Positions 26,042 to 40,136 of a stretch of DNA of 64,000 nucleotides are shown in pieces. The notes below the pieces were generated by a model. The model saw only the letters and a list, made by a program, of their open reading frames with translations, was not told the DNA's origin and searched no databases. This stretch comes from Candidatus Krumholzibacteriia bacterium (GTDB taxonomy: Bacteria; Krumholzibacteriota; Krumholzibacteriia; JAJRXK01): the NCBI GenBank assembly GCA_041484665.1, contig JBGPIA010000011.1, positions 64,001-128,000 on the forward strand, read 5' to 3'. Each line of letters opens with the position of its first letter. The first letter of the stretch is position 1. The translations under genes were made by a program, and so were the position numbers.

Positions 26042-27537
26042 CAGTCCACCGTGCGGTTCGACCGGTCCGAGCGAGTCGACCGGTCCGCTGGGTCCGCCGG
26101 GCGCGAGGGGCCGCCGGGACGTCCCGTGGAGCGCCTCGTCCCGCCAGCGCCCTGCGCCCAGCGCACCAGCAGCAGCAACGGCCAGCCTGCCAGGAGCAAC
26201 GCCATGCCGATCAGCGCGAGCCGCGTCTCGTGCACGAGCACGTGCAGCGCGACTGCCAGCAGGCAGGCCATGAACAGGAGCGGCAGCACCGGAAAGCCGG
26301 GCATGCGAAAGACGGTCCCGCCGCCCGTGTCTGGGTGCGGATCGCCGCCCGCGGTGTCCCCACGCTCCGCCCGCCGCCGCAACACGAACACCGTCGAGGC
26401 CACCACGACCAGCGTGAGCGCGTCGGTGAACATGACGTAGCTCAGCAGCTTCTCGAACGACCCGATCATCAGGGCCGGCAAGAGCATCGTGGCTCCGAAG
26501 AACACCAGGCCGAACTCCTGCACCTGCGTGCGCGGATTGACCCGCTGGAAGATCCCGGGCACGGCCCGGTCCCGCGCCATGGCGTAGTAGCTGCGCGGCA
26601 CCTGCAGGATCGTGGCGTTCACGAAGCCGGCGGCCGAGACGAAGATCGCCAGCGAGACGATCGCCCCCCCGGCTTGTCCCAGGCAGGCGCGCGCGAGCTC
26701 GGCCGCCACGAGGTCGGAGCGCGCCACGCCACCCGTGCCGAGCACGCGCTGATAGGCCGTATTGATGAAGAGATAGAGGGCCGTGACGATGAGCATTCCA
26801 GCGGCGACGGCCAGCGGCAGGTTGCGCCGCGCGCGGCGCACGTCGCCGCCGATGTTCATGGCGTTCTGGTAGCCGCCGTACGCGTAGAAGACCGCGACGG
26901 CCGCTGCAGTGAGAGCGGCCCACGAGTTCCCTCCGGTCGCGGTCGACGACCCGGCGATGGCGGGGGGCGCTCCCACGCGGCGGCCCAGCAGCAGCGCCGC
27001 GGCGCCCAGCGCCAGCAGCATGGCGATCTTCAGCAGCGAGAGGACATTCTGCGTGCGAGCCCCGGCGCGGATCCCCAGCAGGTTGAGCACGAGCAGGATC
27101 ACCATCAGCCCCACCGCGCACGCGACCACACCGCTGTGGGAATGCTGCGCCGAGGGCGCCAGCAGGGGCGTGAGGTACTCCGCTCCGATGAACGCCACTC
27201 CGGCCGCTCCTGCGCCCTGCATGAGCGCCTGTGCCCAGTTGAGCATGAAGGCCAGCACGGGGTGATAGCAGTCGGCGACCACCTTGTAGTAGCCGCCGGG
27301 ACGGGGAAAGCGCGAGCCGATTTCCATGAAGGTCAACGCGCCGATCAGGCTGATCAGCCCGCCTGCGGTCCAGGCGGCGAAGAAGAGGAACGTCGTGCCC
27401 GTGCGCGCGGCGACGATGGCGGGAGTGCGAAAGATACCGATCCCGATGACCAGGCTCACGACGACCATCGAGGTGTCGAAGGCGGAGAGTGTGGGCTCGA
27501 TGCGGCCGCCGGGCGGCACAGGATCGCTTGCCGTCAT
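26041..27537 (-). CDS. APC family amino acid permease
   Basis: VIGIGIFRTP, MEIGSRFPRPGGYY, YAYGGY, PRSYYAMARD; about 12 TM segments. Confidence 0.92.
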   Translation of the reverse strand: MTASDPVPPGGRIEPTLSAFDTSMVVVSLVIGIGIFRTPAIVAARTGTTFLFFAAWTAGGLISLIGALTFMEIGSRFPRPGGYYKVVADCYHPVLAFMLNWAQALMQGAGAAGVAFIGAEYLTPLLAPSAQHSHSGVVACAVGLMVILLVLNLLGIRAGARTQNVLSLLKIAMLLALGAAALLLGRRVGAPPAIAGSSTATGGNSWAALTAAAVAVFYAYGGYQNAMNIGGDVRRARRNLPLAVAAGMLIVTALYLFINTAYQRVLGTGGVARSDLVAAELARACLGQAGGAIVSLAIFVSAAGFVNATILQVPRSYYAMARDRAVPGIFQRVNPRTQVQEFGLVFFGATMLLPALMIGSFEKLLSYVMFTDALTLVVVASTVFVLRRRAERGDTAGGDPHPDTGGGTVFRMPGFPVLPLLFMACLLAVALHVLVHETRLALIGMALLLAGWPLLLLVRWAQGAGGTRRSTGRPGGPSRPADPADRSTRSDRSNRTVD

Positions 27538-27637
27538 GGCGCAGGTTACCCTAGCGCAAGCCCCGGGCGCAGGCCAGCGCCGGAGCGTGGGCGGCGGTTC
27601 GCGGTGCGTCAGAAGGCCGGTGGTGGCGTGCGGACGA

Positions 27638-28681
27638 TCAGAACGCGGCCGTGGCTCCCGCCGTGGCGTCGAGGCGGATTCCGGAGAATCCCACGAGCTT
27701 GCGCCGCTGCTCGTCCCACAGCGCCAGCGGGATGGTCCGCAGCGCGCCGCGCAGGCTCAGCACGGCTCCGGGCCGCAGCTGTGGGTTCTCGCGATGGCAG
27801 CGTGGGAGGTTGTAGTTGGCGATCCGGGAGTCGAGGTGGTGGATGTGATGGAACCCGATGTTCCCTGTGAACCACCGCAGGATCGGGGGCAGATCGTAGT
27901 AGGCGCTGCCCTCCAGCGCGGCCACTGTCGGATTCCATTCCTCGCCGCGTGCCCAATAGACGTTCTCGAACTGGTGCTGGATGTAGAAGAGCCACGTGCC
28001 CAGGCTCGCCGCCAGGATCGTGATCGGCGCCTGGATCATCAGGAAATGACGCAGCCCGATCAGGAGCGCCATCGCCGCGCCCGTGGCGAGGATCGCGGCG
28101 TCGGTCCAATAGACCGACGCGCGCTCGCGTTTCCAGGTGCTGGAGTACGCCTGCGGAAAGCGGTACAGCACCACGAACAGGAGCGTCGGTCCCAGGAAGA
28201 ACATCACGGCGGGGTGGCGGTAGAGCCGGTAGCGGAGGCGTCCCCAGCGGCCGAGCTGGAGATACTCGGCCACCGTGAGGGTCCAGATGTCGCCGATGCC
28301 ACGCTGCGCGAGATTCCCAGCCGAGGCGTGGTGGACGGCGTGGGAACGCCGCCAATAGAGGTAGGGCGTGAGCGCGAGCACTCCGCACAAGAAGCCCAGC
28401 GCGTCGTTGGCCCGGCGTGATCGGAAGAACGATCCGTGCCCGCAGTCATGCTGGATGATGAACACGCGCACGAGCATTCCCGCCGCCACCGGCGCGAGCA
28501 GCAGCGTCAGCCAGTAGCCGACGTGCAGGCTGAGCACCATCAGGCACCAGACGGCCGCCAGCGGGAGGAAGGACGTGCAGATCTGCCAGATGCTCTTGCG
28601 CAGATCGGGGGTCCGATAGCTGGCGAGCGGCACGGAGGCGGACGCGGCCCTGGGCACGCGCTGGCGATGGGCGATGGTCAG
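27638..28681 (-). CDS. Membrane fatty acid desaturase (Bacillus Des / delta-12-like); start uncertain
   Basis: His boxes HDCGH, HAVHH, HHIHH; DIWTLTV.EY; FYIQHQFE. No good ATG near the homologous start, so placed at a CTG behind GGGAG (ORF track extends to 28810). Confidence 0.88.
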   Translation of the reverse strand: MTIAHRQRVPRAASASVPLASYRTPDLRKSIWQICTSFLPLAAVWCLMVLSLHVGYWLTLLLAPVAAGMLVRVFIIQHDCGHGSFFRSRRANDALGFLCGVLALTPYLYWRRSHAVHHASAGNLAQRGIGDIWTLTVAEYLQLGRWGRLRYRLYRHPAVMFFLGPTLLFVVLYRFPQAYSSTWKRERASVYWTDAAILATGAAMALLIGLRHFLMIQAPITILAASLGTWLFYIQHQFENVYWARGEEWNPTVAALEGSAYYDLPPILRWFTGNIGFHHIHHLDSRIANYNLPRCHRENPQLRPGAVLSLRGALRTIPLALWDEQRRKLVGFSGIRLDATAGATAAF

Positions 28682-28993
28682 GATGTCGAGGCTCCCGGCA
28701 GAAATGGATCGCCCGGCGCTGGTCCCCCCGGGAGCCACCCTCGCGCAGGGGAGCGGGAGGGCCGGAAAGCCGGGGAGCAGCGGCAAGCAGCAGGCTCTGA
28801 GCGCGGGCAAGATAACCTAGAATGACAGAAACTGCACGAAATTGGACCCCCGCCCGCGCCGGCCGAAGCGGCGTGCTGCGGACGGTCGCGCCTGCCCGTG
28901 GGGCCGCGCGCTCGAGCGGGCCAGTCTCGCCGGCCTGTTGGGCCGGGCCATCCCCTCGATCGCACGGTTCGTGTGTGGCTGGGCATTCCCCGC

Positions 28994-29200
28994 TCAATGC
29001 ACAGGGCGTACCACCCGGCAGGGGTTCCCCACGGCCAGCACGCCCGCTGGGATGTCCTGCACGACCACGCTGACTGCACCGATCGTCGTGCCCGAGCCGA
29101 TCGTAATGCCGGGTCAGACGATAACCCCACCGCCGATCCAGACGTCGTCTCCGATCGTCACCGGCGAGACCGGCTCGCGGCCGCTGGCACGCTCGCGCGG
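28994..29200 (-). pseudogene. C-terminal remnant of a maltose/galactoside O-acetyltransferase (hexapeptide repeat) with in-frame TGA
   Basis: Manual translation [70 protein letters not shown] at 29116-29114; no N-terminal half. Confidence 0.8.
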
Positions 29201-29320
29201 CGAAGCGGACCGTGGTTCCCCCACCGACGATCAGCGCGAGCGCGCCGCGCCGCACGCGGCTCAAGCGGGCCGCCCCGCGCATTGACCCTCCGCTGTGGAT
29301 GCGGCAAGCTCGGGTGCGTC

Positions 29321-30550
29321 ATGGAGTTCGACATCTTCTTCTCGATCAGCCAGACGCCCGTCAGGGGATTCACGCCCGACGAAGCCACCATGTTCCGCAA
29401 TTTTTTCGCGCAGGTCGAGGCTGCGGACGCTCTGGGTTTCGGCGTGGCCTGGATTGCGGAGTCGCATTACTCCAGCGAGGTGCAGAAGCTGCACCGCAAA
29501 CCGGTGATCCCCCATTGGCAGGGGGAGGTCGGCCTGAATGTGGATTTCCTGCAGCTTTCCCACCATATCTTCCAGCGCACGCGGCGCATCGAGACCGGCT
29601 CGGCGGTGATGAACATCGTGTGCAACGGCGGCCCGCTGGCCGCGGCCGAGCGCGTAGCGGCATTCCTCGCGCTGCACGGGCTGAATCCGCAGGAGCACCG
29701 GCGTATCCACGTCGGGTTCTCGGCCGGGCGCTTCGACTTCATGAACCGTGTCACCGGCGTCGACGCGCGTGACCGGATCGAGGAGGCCGCCTGGCCGGTG
29801 GTGAAGGGCAGGATCTTCGCCGAGGCGGCTGAGATCTTCGTCCGGCTGCTGCGTGGTGAGACGCTGTCCAGCGACGACGTGCGCGCTCCGGTGCTGGCGC
29901 GCGCCGAGTTCCGCACCGACCCCGACTGGCAGCGCCTGCGCGAGCTGGCGGGCGCGGCCGCGCGCGACAGCATCCCCATGGCGCGGCGCTGGGTATTCGA
30001 GCCCGTGAAGATCGTCCCGCAGCAATGGCGGCGCGATCTGCTGCAGCTGGTCGCTGGCTCGCACGATCCGCAGGTGCAGGAGGACCTCAACCAGTTCCTC
30101 CCCGTACAGGTCTTCAATCTGTCGATCACCCCTGCGGAGGTGATCGAGGATACACACCGGCGCATGTCCAGGGCCTATCATCTTTCGGGCGGACCGTGGC
30201 GGCGCAGCTACATGCCGCGCACGGTGTTCGTGTTCGTGAACGAGGAAGCGGGGCTGACGCCGCAGGGCCGTCGTGAGGCGGCGCGCGACGAGGCGCGCGC
30301 GGCGCTGGGCGCGTACTGGACGGCGCTGGAGGGGACGCTCGATCCCAAGAAGGTCGAGGGCGCGGCCGACAACGCCCTGATCGGCAACGCGCAGGACCTC
30401 GTCGAGCAGATCGTGGCCCGCTTCCACGCCGAGGATCGTCTCATGCTGTGGTTCGATTTCTTCAACCACGACAACGCGCGCGTGATCCGCAACATGCAGG
30501 TCTTCATGGAGCAGGTGGCCCCCCGCGTCCGGGGCGCGGTGCGGGCGTAG
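29321..30550 (+). CDS. LLM class (luciferase-like) flavin-dependent monooxygenase, 409 aa
   Basis: QVEAADALGFGVAWIAESH, TRRIETGSAV, AAERVA, ALIGNAQDLVEQI, FMEQVAPRV. Confidence 0.88.
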   Translation: MEFDIFFSISQTPVRGFTPDEATMFRNFFAQVEAADALGFGVAWIAESHYSSEVQKLHRKPVIPHWQGEVGLNVDFLQLSHHIFQRTRRIETGSAVMNIVCNGGPLAAAERVAAFLALHGLNPQEHRRIHVGFSAGRFDFMNRVTGVDARDRIEEAAWPVVKGRIFAEAAEIFVRLLRGETLSSDDVRAPVLARAEFRTDPDWQRLRELAGAAARDSIPMARRWVFEPVKIVPQQWRRDLLQLVAGSHDPQVQEDLNQFLPVQVFNLSITPAEVIEDTHRRMSRAYHLSGGPWRRSYMPRTVFVFVNEEAGLTPQGRREAARDEARAALGAYWTALEGTLDPKKVEGAADNALIGNAQDLVEQIVARFHAEDRLMLWFDFFNHDNARVIRNMQVFMEQVAPRVRGAVRA

Positions 30551-30552
30551 GC

Positions 30553-31041
30553 GACCCGCGCTTCTGGCGCATCGAGTCGCCGACGCCACGCGACCATATC
30601 CATCACTTCAGGCTGACCGATGCCATGCAACTCGATGCGTGGCTGGCGAAGCTCGTGCGGGAGGCCAACGCTGGGGTTGCAACAGGGTCCTCAGGGAGAC
30701 GAACTGCGCTCCCCAACACAGAAAGCGCCGGCGGCTCGGCGCGGCCGCCCCAGGCGGTCGTGATCGACCTCGAGCGTATCCCGTCGGCTGGCCGTGACGT
30801 GGCGCTGTGGTTGCGTTATCAGCGGGGCACGCGCTCGGTGCCGATCGTGTTCGTGGACGGCGAGCCCGAAAAGCTGGCGCGGTCGCAGGCCGACCTGCAC
30901 CGGCGCTTCGCCGGGGCCGCGCGCTCGCTGGTGGAGGGCGGGGCGCTCTGGATCCCGTGGCGCAAGCAGGCCTCAGGCGCCGGCGCCGATCTCACCCAGG
31001 CCGCCGTCCGTGCCTTCGGACTGGCGGCCGGACGCGACTGA
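30553..31041 (+). pseudogene. Mosaic of gene remnants: DUF5655-like C-terminal fragment, then an internally deleted receiver-like/DUF3052-like fragment
   Basis: PRFWRIESPTPRDHIHHFRL...QLDAWL; AVVIDLERIPSAGRDVA...VPIVFVDGEPEK; GALWIPWRKQASG..DLTQAAVRAFGL, stopping before the expected VD.K..A motif. No credible start. Confidence 0.45.
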
Positions 31042-31130
31042 GACCCCCGCCGGCCGCGCAGCGCCCGCTTGTCGCGCTCCCGCGACGGCCAGGGCGAGCT
31101 GGCACAAGCGACCGAGGAGGAACAGCGTCC

Positions 31131-31565
31131 GTGACCGAGCCTGTGGTCTGGACCTTCTTCTATGGGTCCTACATGAACCTGGACGTCCTGCGGGACACCG
31201 GCCTGGTTCCGCAGGAGTGGGAGGTGGCGCAGCTGGGCGGGTTCGACCTGCGCATCGCGCCCCGCGCCAACCTGGTCGCCTCCAACGTGGGGTGGGTCTT
31301 CGGAATCGTTGCCACCGCCACCCACCCCGAGCTGGAGCGCCTCTATGCCCACGCCCGCGACGTCCTGCGCGAGATCTACGTGCCGCATCCTGTTCTCGTG
31401 ACCGCCCGTAGTGGGAGGTGGCGGCCGGCTCTGTGCTACATCGCGCCGGCCATGGAGCCCCGGCCTGCCGAGCGCGACTACGTGGAGCGCATCCTCCGGC
31501 CGGCGCGGGAGCTCGGCTTCCCATGGTGGTATGTGCGGCAGATCGAGGGCTTCATCCCACAGTAG
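31131..31565 (+). CDS. Gamma-glutamylcyclotransferase family protein
   Basis: GAGGAGG RBS with GTG start; FFYGSYMN; VFGIV; YVERIL..ARELGFP..Y. Confidence 0.82.
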   Translation: MTEPVVWTFFYGSYMNLDVLRDTGLVPQEWEVAQLGGFDLRIAPRANLVASNVGWVFGIVATATHPELERLYAHARDVLREIYVPHPVLVTARSGRWRPALCYIAPAMEPRPAERDYVERILRPARELGFPWWYVRQIEGFIPQ

Positions 31566-31669
31566 TCGCGCGGAGGCGGCCTGGGGAGGCGAGTCGTCGC
31601 TGGAAACGGCCGTCCCGGCTGCCTGCACGACTGCCCCGTCCCGAACCGTCCGCGCGAGGAGCGACGACC

Positions 31670-32179
31670 ATGGACCATCAGGAGCAGATCCAGGCCCTGC
31701 AGCGCGGTGGCCAGTCCATTCTCGCGCTGCTCGATGGGCACCCCATCGAGCAGGTGCGCTGGAAGCCAGCGCCACAGAAGTGGTCGTTGCTGGAGATCCT
31801 CAATCATTTGTGCGACGAGGAGCGCGACGACTTCCGCAAGCGGATCGCGCTCGTGCTCGAGGATCCCGCGCAGCCGTGGCCGCCCATCGATCCGGAAGGC
31901 TGGGCCCGCGACCGCGACTACAACAGCCGCGACCTGCAAGCGTCGCTCGCGGGCTTCCGCCGGGAGCGCGCGGCGTCGCTGCAGTGGCTCGTGGGGCTGC
32001 CGTCGCCGGACTGGACGGCAGAGCACAAGCACCCGAAGCTGGGCGGCCTGCGCGCCGGCGATCTGCTCGCCGCGTGGGTTGCCCACGACCTGCTGCACAT
32101 CCGCCAGATCGCCAACACGCGCTTGGCCTGGGTTGCGATGTTCGCCGAGCCGTACTCGACGCGCTACGCGCTCCCGTGA
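31670..32179 (+). CDS. DinB family protein
   Basis: KWSLLEILNHLCDEE...WVAHDLLHIRQI (His triad); GAGGAG RBS. Confidence 0.88.
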   Translation: MDHQEQIQALQRGGQSILALLDGHPIEQVRWKPAPQKWSLLEILNHLCDEERDDFRKRIALVLEDPAQPWPPIDPEGWARDRDYNSRDLQASLAGFRRERAASLQWLVGLPSPDWTAEHKHPKLGGLRAGDLLAAWVAHDLLHIRQIANTRLAWVAMFAEPYSTRYALP

Positions 32180-32254
32180 GATCGGACGCGGGGCGCGTGC
32201 GGCCCATGGCCCGCGAGTGCCGTGGGCGCACACCACGAGCGAAAGGTCCTGACC

Positions 32255-32764
32255 ATGCTGGCACCCATCCTGGCTGGAATCCTGACCCGCGATCTGCGAG
32301 CACTGCGCCGTGAGGTCGAGGCCTATTCGGACGAAACGGACGTCTGGCGCGTGGCGCCGGGCCTCAGCAACTCTACCGGGACGCTGGTGCTGCACCTGGC
32401 CGGCAACCTCCAGCATTTCGTTGGTGGGCAACTGGGCGGCACGGGCTACGTGCGCGACCGCAACGCGGAGTTCAGCCTCCGCGATCTTCCGCGGCACGAG
32501 CTCCTGGCGCGGATCGACGCGGCGGTTGGCGCCGTGGAGCGCGGGCTCGCCTCCATCTCCGACGCGCAGCTCGCTGCGCCATTCCCGCAGGCTGTGGGCG
32601 GTGTGACGATCACGACCGCCGACTTCCTCGTCCATCTGGCCGCGCACCTGGGCTACCACCTGGGCCAGGTGGACTACCATCGGCGGATCCTGACTGGCAA
32701 CGCGTCCAGCGTCGGCGCGTTGTCGGTCGCCGAGCTGCGCACTGCGAAGAAGCTCCAGCCCTGA
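32255..32764 (+). CDS. DinB/DUF1572 family protein
   Basis: NSTGTLVLHLAGNL, YVRDRNAEF, HLAAHLGYHLGQVDYHRR. Confidence 0.88.
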   Translation: MLAPILAGILTRDLRALRREVEAYSDETDVWRVAPGLSNSTGTLVLHLAGNLQHFVGGQLGGTGYVRDRNAEFSLRDLPRHELLARIDAAVGAVERGLASISDAQLAAPFPQAVGGVTITTADFLVHLAAHLGYHLGQVDYHRRILTGNASSVGALSVAELRTAKKLQP

Positions 32765-32989
32765 CCGGCCCGGGCGTGCAAGGAGCCCCACTGTGACAGC
32801 GCAACGGCCCAGTGCGGTCGTGCTGGCCGCGATCCTCATGCTGGCCCAGACCGAAGGCGCCGCACGGCCTGCCAATGCCCGCCGGCTAGCTCGCAGGCGG
32901 CGCTGGCGGGCATCGGACCCCCCTGATACGCTGCTTGCGGCCGCATGATGCAGCGTCCATCCGCTCGCGCAGTCCGGAGAGCCTCCCGC

Positions 32990-34219
32990 ATGACAGCTCG
33001 CAAGAACTCCGCGCGACCTCCACGTCCCGCGTCCCCCGCGCGGCTGCGCCCCCCCGCACCCGCCGCGCTTGCGCCTCGCACCGCGACGCCGCCCCGCGGA
33101 CCGTCCCGCCCCGGCTCGGACGTCTACCCACGCAGCCCTCTGGGCGAGACCATCGCGGGCCTGCCCACCGGTCGGGATGTCGAGTGGGAGCCGCTGCTGG
33201 ACTACCGCCGCAACGGTGTCAGCGAGACGACCATCCACGGCGCTGTGGCCTGGGCGAGCGGCCGGCGGATCGTCCACTCCTTCGGCGGCAATGTGCTCTG
33301 CTACGGGCGCAGCATGATGAAGCCGCTGATGATCAAGGTGTTCGCCGCGGACCTCGATCCGCTCCTCGCGTGGCCGCAGAAGGCGATCGCGGTCGCCAGC
33401 CACAACGGCAGCGCCGAGCACGTGGCCGCCGCACAGGAGATCCTCCCGTCCCAGGAGTGGGGGCTGATGCAGACGCCCCTCGATGTCCCGCTCGTGCAGT
33501 TCGGCCGGCAGATCCGCCGCCCGCGCCGCTGGTACAACAACAGCTCCGGCCTGCACGCGGCGGTGCTCCTGGGCTGCCGGCTCAAGGGGTGGAACCGGGC
33601 GGGCTACACGCTGCAGCAGCATCCATTTTTCGCCGAGTACCTGGAGCAGGTGCGCCGCTTCCTGGGGCCCGACTGGCGTCCGCTGCGCATCGCGCGCGAC
33701 GGCGACGGATTCCCCACGCTCTCCAACACCGTGAGCGAGCTGGCGATCACGTACGCCGGACTGGCCGCCACACGCGACGAGGACTGGATCTGGGAATCGA
33801 TGGTGCGCCATCCCGATCTGGTCGGCGGCTTCAACCGACTGGACTCGACGATCCTCAAGGCGTGCGCCGGCAACGTGATTGCGAAGGAGGGCGCCGACGG
33901 GTTGCTGGGGATGGCGATCGTCCACCCGGACTATCCGGACGGTTTGGGGATCGTGATCAAGATCGCCCACGGCTGGAATCCGCGCGCGAGCTGGTACGTC
34001 GCGCGCGCGTGCCTTGGCGTGCTGGGTTTCGAGCTGCGCAACCCATACCCGCTCTACAAGCAGAAGGCCTTTCTGGTGCCGGGCGTCGTGCCGCCCGAGC
34101 GTCTGGCCCTGCTGGAGTCCATCCTGACCTGGGACGAGTGGGATCCGGACCGCGACCGGTGGTACTACGACTGGGACGCGTACGCCGACGGCGAAGTCGG
34201 CACGCCCACGGACCGCTAG
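32990..34219 (+). CDS. Class 3 (Rhizobium etli-type, Asparaginase_II) asparaginase-like hydrolase with a divergent metal site
   Basis: RNGVSETTIHG, RSMMKP, ASHNG, NNSSGLHAA, DGDGFP, HPDLVGG..RLDS, AKEGADG, GIVIKIAHG. Confidence 0.82.
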   Translation: MTARKNSARPPRPASPARLRPPAPAALAPRTATPPRGPSRPGSDVYPRSPLGETIAGLPTGRDVEWEPLLDYRRNGVSETTIHGAVAWASGRRIVHSFGGNVLCYGRSMMKPLMIKVFAADLDPLLAWPQKAIAVASHNGSAEHVAAAQEILPSQEWGLMQTPLDVPLVQFGRQIRRPRRWYNNSSGLHAAVLLGCRLKGWNRAGYTLQQHPFFAEYLEQVRRFLGPDWRPLRIARDGDGFPTLSNTVSELAITYAGLAATRDEDWIWESMVRHPDLVGGFNRLDSTILKACAGNVIAKEGADGLLGMAIVHPDYPDGLGIVIKIAHGWNPRASWYVARACLGVLGFELRNPYPLYKQKAFLVPGVVPPERLALLESILTWDEWDPDRDRWYYDWDAYADGEVGTPTDR

Positions 34220-34385
34220 GGCGGATTCGGGGGCGAGCCCGGCCGCGGCCCAGGCGGGTCCTTGGGCCAGACGCTGTAGCTTGGGCCCAGGCCGGCACCG
34301 TCACCCACGACACCGTGCCGGTTCTTCGGCGCCGCCGTGGGTCCCTGCCCTGGTACTACGTCCCGGCCCCTGCTACCCTCGCGCT

Positions 34386-38496
<4,111 letters not shown>

Positions 38497-38646
38497 GGGA
38501 GCGATGGAGGGCGCGAAGGCGAGGAAAGCCGCGGTACCGCTGGGTCTGGCGAGCGGGAATACGTCCCGTACAGACCACTGGCGCGCCGACGTCAGCACAA
38601 TGTATGTCCGGCTTCGCCGGGAACACCGGCCTCCGGGCGCTTCGAG

Positions 38647-39999
38647 ATGACCATGCGCGGGCACGGCCCCACCACTAGCCAGCTGATCGCTCTGCTGGAG
38701 GCCAGCAAGCTGCTCAACAGCACGCTGGACCTCACCACGCTGCTCAATCGCATCCTGCAGTGCGCGCGGGACCTGAGCGGCGCCGACCGCGCCACGCTCT
38801 ACCTGGTCGACCACGAGACGAGCGAGCTATGGACTATGACCATGGCGGGCGACAAGATCCAGTCGTTCCGCCTGCCGATGGGCAAGGGGATCGCGGGTCG
38901 CGCCGCGCAGACTGGCCGGGTGGGCAATATCGCCGACGCCTATCGCTCCCCGCATTTCAACCGCGACCTGGACGCCAAGACCGGGTACCGCACGCGCTCG
39001 ATGCTGACCGTGCCGTTCCGCGGGCGCGACCGCCGCGTGCTCGGCGTGATCCAGACCATCAACCACCTGGAGCGCGGCCACTTCGGCCCGGCGGAGCGCT
39101 GGTCGATCGAACGTCTGGGGGACTACGCCGCGCTGGCCATCGAGAACGCGATGTTCGTCAAGGCGCTGCAGGACAAGAAGCGCATGGAGGAGGACCTGCT
39201 GGCGGCGCGCCACATCCAGGGCAGCCTCCTGCCCAAGAGCCTGCCCCGCGTCGCGGGCGTTGACCTGGCCGCCCGCTACACGCCGTGCCTGGAGGTGGGG
39301 GGCGACTGCTTCGATGCCCTGGCGCTGCCCGGCGGCCGCCTGGGCTTCTCCCTGGGCGACATCTCCGGCAAGGGGATCACGGCCGCGCTCATGATGGCTA
39401 ACCTGCAAGCGCTCTTCCGCGTGGAAGCGCGCCGCGACGGCGAGCCGCACGCGGTGCTCTCGACGATGAACCGCCTGTTCCACGAGAGCACGCAGGTCGA
39501 GCACTTCGCGACCTTCTTCTACGGCATCCTCGATCCGGTCACCGGCTTGCTGCGCTTCTGCTCCGCGGGCCACGAGTCGCCGGTGCTCCTGCGCGGCGAC
39601 GGCAGCATCCTGGAGGTGGATCGTGGCGGCGTGCCGCTGGGCATCCTGCCGGACTTTCCGTTCGTGACGCAGGAAGCCGCGCTGCGCCAAGGCGACCTCT
39701 GCCTCATCTACAGCGACGGCATCACCGAGCAGAACGATCCCAAACGCCGGGAGTTCGGTCGCGCGCGGCTGATCTCCATCGTGCGGCAGTCGCGCCACTT
39801 GCCCGCCGAGGCGCTCGCCCAGGCCGTGGAGGTGGCCGTGCGCGAGTTCGCCCGCGGCCAGAAGCAGTGGGACGACCTCACGCTGGTGGTCTTGCGATTG
39901 GCGGTGGGCACGCCAGCGGTGGTGGCGGACGGCGCAGCGCCCGCGGTCACGAGCGGGGAGCGGCCAGGCGCTCCGGCGGAAAGCGCCGGGGACCATTGA
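38647..39999 (+). CDS. GAF-domain PP2C/SpoIIE (RsbU-like) phosphatase
   Basis: GAF motifs ADRATLYL, GKGIAG, TGYRTRSML; PP2C motifs VGGDCFD, GDISGKG, SAGH, YSDGITE, DDLT. Confidence 0.92.
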   Translation: MTMRGHGPTTSQLIALLEASKLLNSTLDLTTLLNRILQCARDLSGADRATLYLVDHETSELWTMTMAGDKIQSFRLPMGKGIAGRAAQTGRVGNIADAYRSPHFNRDLDAKTGYRTRSMLTVPFRGRDRRVLGVIQTINHLERGHFGPAERWSIERLGDYAALAIENAMFVKALQDKKRMEEDLLAARHIQGSLLPKSLPRVAGVDLAARYTPCLEVGGDCFDALALPGGRLGFSLGDISGKGITAALMMANLQALFRVEARRDGEPHAVLSTMNRLFHESTQVEHFATFFYGILDPVTGLLRFCSAGHESPVLLRGDGSILEVDRGGVPLGILPDFPFVTQEAALRQGDLCLIYSDGITEQNDPKRREFGRARLISIVRQSRHLPAEALAQAVEVAVREFARGQKQWDDLTLVVLRLAVGTPAVVADGAAPAVTSGERPGAPAESAGDH

Positions 40000-40023
40000 C
40001 AACGCCCCGCGTTGTTCTACCCT
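39996..40023 (+). promoter_or_regulatory. Candidate sigma70 promoter
   Basis: TTGACA-16 nt-TACCCT upstream of the 40137 gene. Confidence 0.45.
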
Positions 40024-40136
40024 GTAGTCCTCCGTATCCCCCAGGCCTCGCCCCGTCCGGACAGAGACCGGCGTCCCCCCGGTGAGGCCTCGCCCCCTGA
40101 CAGATTTCCGCTCGGAAACACAAGGAGTTGACGCGT

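Noticed and set aside
29114..29116. In-frame TGA as selenocysteine
   Set aside because: The gene lacks its N-terminal half and a start codon, the position is not catalytic, and no convincing SECIS is visible; a nonsense mutation is simpler.
32990..34219. Plain L-asparaginase (ansA) assignment
   Set aside because: All three zinc-binding residues differ from the family consensus, so the function cannot be assumed.
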